Shown here piece after piece: positions 52,501-61,500 of a DNA stretch of 64,000 nt. How positions within the stretch are numbered: the stretch's first letter is position 1; the number at the start of each line of letters is the position of its first letter. The stretch spans positions 77,955 to 141,954 of the forward strand of contig JAPLLX010000004.1 in the NCBI GenBank assembly GCA_026387335.1, written 5' to 3'. A program made the position numbers and the translations under genes. A model generated the notes under the pieces. That model had not been told where the DNA came from. It saw only the letters and a program-made list of their open reading frames with translations, and searched no databases. This stretch comes from Candidatus Omnitrophota bacterium (GTDB lineage: Bacteria > Omnitrophota > Gorgyraeia > Gygaellales > Profunditerraquicolaceae).

Positions 52501-55500
52501 ATTGCTCTAAAGTACTCGCCAATGGCGCTATCAAATCTTTCTTGCATAATTTTACGTAACTCTAAATCATTTGCAGCGGCAGAAATATTCTTATGAATCG
52601 GCGAACTGGTGGGCTCTATGCCCTTGGCTTGCTCATCGCTAGGCTCAAAAGGAACCCAAGGACTGAAATTAGCAAGCATAAATTCTAATAACTCAATTAA
52701 AATCTCTTCTTTCCAGTTATCGCAGAGTTCAAAGAAATAAGGATGGATAAATATGGCAGGAGGGTTGATTTTGACGTTAGCGGTATAAGGTTGCTTAGTT
52801 TCGGGGTCTAGGCCTAATTCTTCCTGGCCAGGGGTAATCATCAAAATGAAGCTAAATTCCGGCGGCCCCCGGATTATATTATTACCTTTATCCGGCATCA
52901 ACCTCTGCGCATCTATCTGCCAGATATCAAAACTTGCGCCTTTATCTATCAGGGTTAGAACATATTTATTCCCGATTAATTTAACTGTCACTAACGATGC
53001 AATCTTTATTTCGCCATATTGATTCACTGCTTCGGCGCGCCTATCTACTGGAGGTATAGAGCTATGCGCCGGATTAAAAATCCGTTGTTTCTCTACCGCT
53101 GAGCTAGTGTTATTTTTCTTGCGGTAGATATATCCTTCGCCGATTTCATCTTCATGATACGCCGCAAGAATACCTTCTTTAACCAGCCCGCTGAAACTTG
53201 GTTCTTCCATTCCGCTTACAAATATAAACCCTTCCTCATTCAAAGAGGAAACTAACGCTTGAGCAGCATGATATCTTATTTCTTCCTCTAAATATTCAAA
53301 CACCCACTGGCAGAATATTACATCCGTATCTTTAATGATTAAACCGGATTTGTTATCTTCTAAATCCAGATAGGAGAAGTTTACTAATTCTCTAACTTCG
53401 GGCTTCAATCTATAAATATCTCCCTTAGAGTTAAAATAATCCCTTAATTCGTAACCGTAAGGCAGACCTTCCTCTATACCCCTGTTTCTCCCTACTACCA
53501 CTTCTTCAACAAGATATTCCCCTCTTCGCGCTTCCTCTAACAACGCAAGGTTATTAGCTGTAGCAAAAATCTTGATATCCCAATTACCGATATTCAGCAT
53601 ATAATCCCTAAATAATTTAGCCACTATGACCGCTATTGCGCCGGCTTCCATTCCTAAGCCGCAACCCGTAGACCACAAGTATAGAAATTTATTTTCCTTA
53701 GACGCCCTCTCTTCAATCATGGATTTTAGAATATTTTCTAAATATTTAAAGTGGGTTGAGTAATTCCAGAAGAAAGTAGAACCAAAAATCTGATAAGGAG
53801 TCTCAAACGCTTTCCTCCTCTGGATTACCTCTTCCTTTGTGCTATATCCCTCTACCGACGAGCTGGAGATATGTAGTAACACTTTATTAAGCTTAAGGTT
53901 AGCTACGATGTACGGCGCATCAATAACGACTACTGCCCGGGGATCGTCCAGCGGCTTATCTGATATTTGAAAAATTCTAAAATCAGATGCCGTGCCTTTA
54001 TTCTTCATCCGGCTCTCAAATGCCTGGCGTCCATTTTGGCCTTTTAAAAATACGGGGACTTTGCCCTGTTCATCTGTCTTACCAAGAATGCATTTGGTAC
54101 CTCTAAATTCGGGATCAGGCGTAAATCCTACTTTTTGAAGGACTTTAGCCATAAAAGGATGGTATACTGAAGATGTTTGATGCAGCGTATAGTCTTTTAA
54201 TTCTGCTGTTTGCGGAATAATATTAAACAAAGCGTACAAAAATAAGTAAGAATATCTTTCCTGACGAAAGCCGACAGATACAAACCAGTGGTGCGGCTCA
54301 ATTGTCCTGGTATCGCTATAGGCATAAAAACTTAAGTATCCTATATGTCTATCCTGGTTATACCCCAATTGAAAATTGAGATTAAAAAAGGATTGATTAT
54401 GTTCCATTTCAACCCCGATTCTTTCAAGTAAAACCTCTATGGGTTCTTTCTTTTTGCGAAAAAGGGTAAATTCCTTTATAACGCCCTCTTCCGTGAGTGG
54501 CGAGCTGGAATCTCTGACGAATAACTTATAATCCTCTTCATTAATAACTGTATAACCCCTGCGCCTTAAACTATCATCCAGGCTAAGGGCATAGCCATTT
54601 TGAAAATCTGAGCGGGCTGCCGGGATTGCCCGGCGGAATTCGGTTATTATCCTATCGTTATGGGGAAAACCTTTGATTGTCTCCAGAAACCTCTGGTCCA
54701 GGCGCTCGCCTAAGAACCCGAATAAGGACTGCCTCCTTAATAGCGAGCCATTACTCTTTTGATAAACCAATACCGCTAAGATTTCCGGCGTTTCAATATC
54801 GTTATTCCCGACCAATAAAATTCCGCCTTCGCTTAAAGATCTTGCCAAAGCAGCAACATTGTCTTCGAAATCATCCTGGTTGAACCAGCGGATGACATTC
54901 ATACACCTGGCTACATCGGCCCGCAGCCTGGTATAAACCACTGAACGGAAATCCGTCTCGATAAAATCAATTTTTCCGACATCAGAACAGCAAACATCCT
55001 CAAAGGCTTCTTCATTACTGTCCAAAGCAATTACTTTTGCCTTCTTATCTTTAAGCGCTGTTCTTGCGTAGTTATTTAATTCAATTGTAGTAATCGCTCC
55101 CTTTCCGCAGCCCACATCTATAATAACCAGCTCTTTCCTGTTATTTAAACCCATAGCCGAAAGCAAATAACCGAACAGATAGCTATCTAAAACCTTTAAA
55201 CGCCCGGCTACAGTCTCCATCGCCCCGACATTAACCGAACTGGAGGAATGGGTTTTTAAGTAATCCAGGGTATTCTTTAGATGCTGGACAAGCTGCTTGA
55301 TTTCCAGTCCTTTTATCTCATCCTGGTCAAAGGTATATTCATTTATATCAGCGATGGATATTTCGCCTGAATGCAGCTTTTCAATAAAGACTGGAGCTTC
55401 CCGGGGATTTCTAAAATCGATTTCGTTTTTATTTCTATTTAATTTAGCAACAAAACCAGCTAGATAAATTGTTAAGTATAGAGCCGACATCTTGGTAGTT

Positions 55501-58500
55501 ACATACACCGACGAGCTGGAGCGAATCGGCGAGGCCGAAACTACTTCATGGCTATCCCCTTCAATCTTACCTTTGTGCATATTAACGAAGTCTCTAACCT
55601 TATAAACAAATAAACTGCCTGCTCTATTGAATATGGTAGTATCGGGTAAGCTAATCCAGGAAAGAGTATCCATTTCATCGCCAGGGGGAATAGCCAAGAT
55701 TAAATCCGCTCCGACAAACAGTGCGACTTTAAGCATATACCTTGCTAGCCCCGGATACGGCCTTATGGCATAGATAACGTCTGCATCTTTATATAATACA
55801 AGATCCGGCTGATATATATCATCTAACGCTGTGTCAATTCCGGGATAGCGCACTTTAACTTCCTTTAGCGCTGCTGGCGCAATATCAGTTACTATTATCC
55901 TTGTGTCGGAAGGAAATACCTCCCTGAGCCTTCCTGCGGCTTCAGTATATTGCGAGATACCGATTTCAATAATTTTTTTCGCAAGGGGATAATTATGGAA
56001 TATATAACTAGAGGTAAATTGCCATATATCGGCTGGAGAAGATGTTTTTTCCCAACCCCAACCGGCAGCAGGAGGAGGCCATGTACGATAAAAGATTTGA
56101 TTCGCCTTTAACGGCGGTAAACCTGCTTCATTACCCCAGGGGTCAAACGGCAGTCTATCCGGAACAAAGATAAACGGTGAGAATACTGAAGGATCCAGCT
56201 GGCGCCGCTGCCGGGCTAATTCAGCAGGAGACCTTAACGCATTTTTGACCCTGGAATCCATCGGACTGCTGGATAGAAGGCTGGAATAATCAGCGTAAAG
56301 ATTTTCCCTGACGATTTTATACTTACCATCGCCTAACTTCTGCTCATACTGGACTAAGGTCTCGTTTAGCTGCGGCCAGACATAAGCAGTCATGTATTTT
56401 ATTTCTATATCTTTAGGCGCAGGATCTATTATTATTTTTCTCTCTTGCCCCTTAAAGAATCGCTGATTAAAGGACTGTCTGAGCCTATTAGCAAATACCG
56501 TAGGCTGGTCCTGGTGAGCAATAAGGATTTGCTCACTATCTTGAAAGATACTTCTTATGCCATATGTGGTCTGCTTATTCCATTCTTCAATAAGGGTTCC
56601 TTTTTTAAAGTCATCGAGATCTATATGCCCCAGATAAATACCTGCGTCCTTTACAAAAAATATCGCCAACGGACATCCTTTACAAGTAAATGACATAGAT
56701 TCATTAGCAAACCAGAAACCGGAAGATATGCCGCACTGGAGATTAAGCTCAACGCTAATCTTAGGTCTGGATAATACCAGGGATCTCACAGGGCTAGAAG
56801 AGATACAGGGTCCTTCTTTCAGGAAATCCGCAAAAATAGCAAAGAGTTCGTTATATATAACGCCTCCCAGGTGGCCTCTCTTGGCCAAGGCCAACAGGAT
56901 TTTATCTTTGGGAGTTCCGATTAGGTTGGCTGTCTCAAAAACGCAGGGCCAGGATACAATATGGTCACCGAGGGCGCCTACTATTAAACAAGGTTGGGTG
57001 ATTTGACTAAGGTCTACGCGCCTTCCTCCCACTTCAAAAAGGCCTTTGGCAAGAAGATCGCGTTGAATGATATCTTTAAGATAACGCAGGTGGGCTGAGC
57101 CGACGTGCCGGGCAGTTAGGTAGCTCCACAAAACCAGGTAATTATCGGACACTTGGCCTTGCCAATACCGATTAAGTAGATTAGCAATGCCCGCATGAAC
57201 GATTTCCTCATTTTTTAGAGGCTGAATAAGGTTGAAGAAAGTATCCAGGCTAAGGCCGGGAAAAATTCCTCCGCTCTGTTTAAAGATGTCATCCACAACC
57301 CCGCTCTCAAGGGCTGCCTGGGTCAGGGCATAGATGAGGCCACCGGCATCTTTACCGACTTTAACTGTCGCTGCGCCGGTAAAAATCGTTAATTTCCTGA
57401 CTAGTTGAGGATAAAGACTGGTAAAAACCAGGGATAGCGTTCCTCCAATACAGTAGCCGCCAACGTCAATCTTATCTTCACCGGTCAATTGCTTAATCTT
57501 CTGGTAGGAATTAAGAATCTCCGCGATATAGTCCTCAAAAGTAGCCAGGTCTTTATTCTCCTGAGTTACTCCCTGCCAATCAGTCAGGTAGACTTCAAAA
57601 CCGCGTCCAAGGAGATACTGAATCATACTTCTGCGGATAAGGTCAAAGATATGTGAACCGCCGATCCAGGAATAGATTAAAAGCAGAGGCGTCTTATTGT
57701 TAAGTTTTTCAGGCATATAGCGCTTAAGATGCAGTAATCTGGACTTATAGACAATCTCAGAAGGTGTTTTTGTCAGGCTTTCAGCCCCTAGGCCGTTGTG
57801 GGTGCGTCGAATCTCGGGGAACTGGTTAAATAACTCATAGCTATCGCTAAAATATAGCCGTTGTCCTTCTATGGACCTGGTAAAATAATCAGCATTAAAC
57901 TTCAGGGCCTGGCTTAAAAGGAGCTGGTAAACCGCTGGGTAGTTAAAGTAATGGGCCTTAAATAAAGGAACGATATCTTCATTTAAAGAGTTTAAAGCAT
58001 TGATGTAATATCTACCGAAATGAGATACGCCGCTATATCCAATCTGTGTGTAGATATCCTCAAAGAAATCCTGGATGAGCTGACGGTAAATCTCGCTATA
58101 TTCTTCCTCGGACTTATGCTCAATCTTAGTGACCATATCGCTGTCAGCGGGTACGATTGTAATACTGGACGAACTCGTGCAAACCGTTGCCCCCACCGGT
58201 GAGCTGGAACCATAAATATATTTCATTGTCCCGATTACTTCTGATAATGCCTCATTATGGGCCTTCCCTTCAAATATGACCTTCCAATACCGGGCTGCCA
58301 ATTGAAAATCTGCTTTATTTGCCGCCCAACAGTAAGAATTAAACTCTTTATAATCCTTTACTTCCATCTTGAAGCCTTTATCCGTCTTAAAGTCTTTATA
58401 CTTTATCAATCTATCTAAAACTCCATCTATTTCCTTATCGGATAACGGTGGAATCGGCTCTTCCGGCCGGGAATTTAACGTTTCTTTAAAAAGCCGTGGA

Positions 58501-61500
58501 CGATACCATCCGGCAAAAATTACTACATTCTTATTATCCGATTCAAGCCCAAGGTTGCGCCATTTAAATACGCTCCAGTCTCCGAAGGCATTATCAATGC
58601 CTTGCTCTCTTAATGCTTTTCTTATATCAAACCGTATTTTAAACATGTCGGATAACATCATCAAGGGCATCCCTGTATTTACTTTCTGCTGAATAATAAC
58701 CCCATTAATATAAAGCTTAGGCGCAAATCCCTGAATTTTAACCAATTGCCAGCTATCTATATTTACTGCCCGGGCTCCTACCATCTCTGTAATCAACTCC
58801 ATACCGACAGCCTTCTGAGGATACATCATTGAGCCGAGGCCGCTGGGTATTTTAAATACCACTCCGGGATACCTATCTGCTGTATACACTTTCATCAGGC
58901 AGCCTTCGTCTATAAACTCAACCCCTTCTTTTCTTTGTCCGGCTTCGGAAAGGGTGGCGGTCACCTCATTTAAGTTCGTTAAAAACATTCTTTGTTCATC
59001 TACCACCGCATCTACCGGCGAACTGGAGTAGATAAGCCGCAGGCCCTTGTTTTTAACTTTAATATTCTCTCTTATTTGCTCAATCCTGTCCGACCATTCC
59101 GGCTCTATTTCCAATGCTTTTCTTAGGTCTTCTTCCGCCAATTTCTCTTTCCCTAATGCCACAAAACAATCAGCCCGTTTAATATAAGCCCTGCTCTCTT
59201 CTGGATTAATTTCCAAGGCTTGATTAAGGTATTCCACGGAAGTCCTTACATAGGATTTAGGGAAACCGGGTTTATCTACGCCTTTTAATATGAAATCGGC
59301 TGCGTGGATAAACCGCAGCGCTGACCATTCCGTAAGGCTTAGCTCTTTAAATTTCTTGTGTAGGCTATACTCAATAAAATCGTCCTGCAACACCCAATAA
59401 TTATCCCTCTTGATAAACAGCTTATTTATATCAAACACATCGCTCGTAAACCCATAAATGAAGTCTGCCATTACTTTTCTTTTGTCGGATAACTCAAAGA
59501 GCGACGCAGTATGAAAAAACATTTTTTCGGCGTTACAACTTTCTCTGACTAGGATTAAAGAACTATTAAATCCGACGGCTTCTCCGATAATATAGAAAAT
59601 CTCCGCTAACGAAAAGGGAGTAGCTGCCTTAAAACGAATAGCGGACTGCAGATTAAAGTTATGTTCGGAGCGCTTGAACTTATCGTTCAGAGTTAAAAAT
59701 ATTTCATTTAAGACAACTCTTGCCTCAATATCAACCAACTTCTCTTGATCTATTCTCCCTTCTTGAAAATCCTGCCGGGCTTTTGTTAATGCCGCGTAAC
59801 TGCGTTTTAATAAGGGAATCCCTTTCTTATCCCGGAGAGTATCTATCCAACCCTTAAAATCCTCAAAAGCCTTATCGCTATAACCTAATAGCCTTATTAG
59901 TTCTTCAGCCTTCAGGTATGGCAACTGCAGGTCAAGCTTAATAACATTATTAATTTTTGACAGAGGGCTGGAAGCGGGCAAAAGGCAATTAAAGCCGTCG
60001 GCGGTTAACACCTTATAAACATACTCCGGCGTAATTTTAATATCTTCCAACAGACCGTAATCCGTAATATCCCAACAAGTATATTTAAGGTTTCTATCGG
60101 CTTTCTGTAAAGTATATAAAAACATTCTGTTTTTGCTAAAAACCACTTCCCTGCCCCTGGTCTCATCCACGAGATGGAACAGTAATTTTTTATCCAGATA
60201 AAGCTTTCTTTTTATCTCATTTCCATTCCTGTCCCGGCCTTCTATAATTTCCTCTATAGGCCAAGAACGATCCGGGACATTACCTTTCTCTATTATAATG
60301 GATTTCTCCTTATCTCCTCTTAGCATCCTGGCAATATCTTTCATCCTCCCCATCTCTATCTTTACCTCCCAGGCCAATGCATAGGCTAAAGTATAACTTC
60401 TTTCCACTTCGTATCCGCGGATCACATACCCGGATGGCCCGACTACCAGAATATAAGTCTTATCCCGGCTTTGGTCTATATACATAATATGGCAATAATT
60501 ATTGGCTTCACGATAAACCAGGCCTTCTTTTAAGGTCTTCCGGATAATCTCCCTCACTTCTGGCTCATTAGTGATTATGCCGTTTTTGGTTTGGGCCCCA
60601 AAATACGAAAGGCCGTTAGGCTGGAATTTGATTATATGTTCTTTGATATATTCCCAGCCAAAAGGATTTTTCCGCTCCTGGCTGTTGTAGCCTCTAAAGA
60701 GTACGCTAACATCTTTAGCCTTGATAATATCCTGCAAATTTCCGTTTTTAGGGAAATTTAAATCAAAACCTTTCCTACTTACGGCTTCTTCCAGGCTAAA
60801 CCAACCGCTCAGCCTTTTAGAAAATTCCGCTTCTTGAAAAGCCCGGATTACTTTAGCCCTTGCCTCCTGACCATCTGACTCTTCCCGCAAGATACTCAGT
60901 ATAGTCTTCTCTATCCCGGTGACCCTTTTCTCGTAATCATTCTCGTTTTCTTCCTTTCCCGCATAAAAGTAAAATTCCGCGGGTTCTGTTTCCTTTAATC
61001 CTCTGTTCTTTAGTGCCCTTTTAATCTCTTCTTTGCCTTCTTTAACCTGTTCAGCCTTTTGGATATTGCCTACATAAACTACCAAAAGCAGCTCTTGCGC
61101 ATCAAAAATTGAAAACACCAACTGACCGTTTAAGCAACTAAAGCTCTCCCTATATCCGGACTTCCTGGCTAGCTCCTCTAACCTAAGGCTGGTTTCTTCA
61201 GAATCTATATCCCAACCGTTGATTAGAGATTCTACTAATAAATCCTTGGCGCTATATGTAAAATCTATTACCCCTTTATCAAACAGATAAGAATATTGAG
61301 GATAGTATATATAAAGATCCGGTAATGATTCTTCGGCTATATCCGCCATTTTATTCTTAAGGATAAGGGTTAGTTCTACATAGAGCTTAAAATCTCTTTC
61401 ATCCCGCTCTCTAGTTTTATCTTTCTTATCCAATTTCTTACTTTCCCGTTCCTTTAATTCTAATAACCCGGCAAGACGGTTCCTCAAAGCATCTTTGTCT

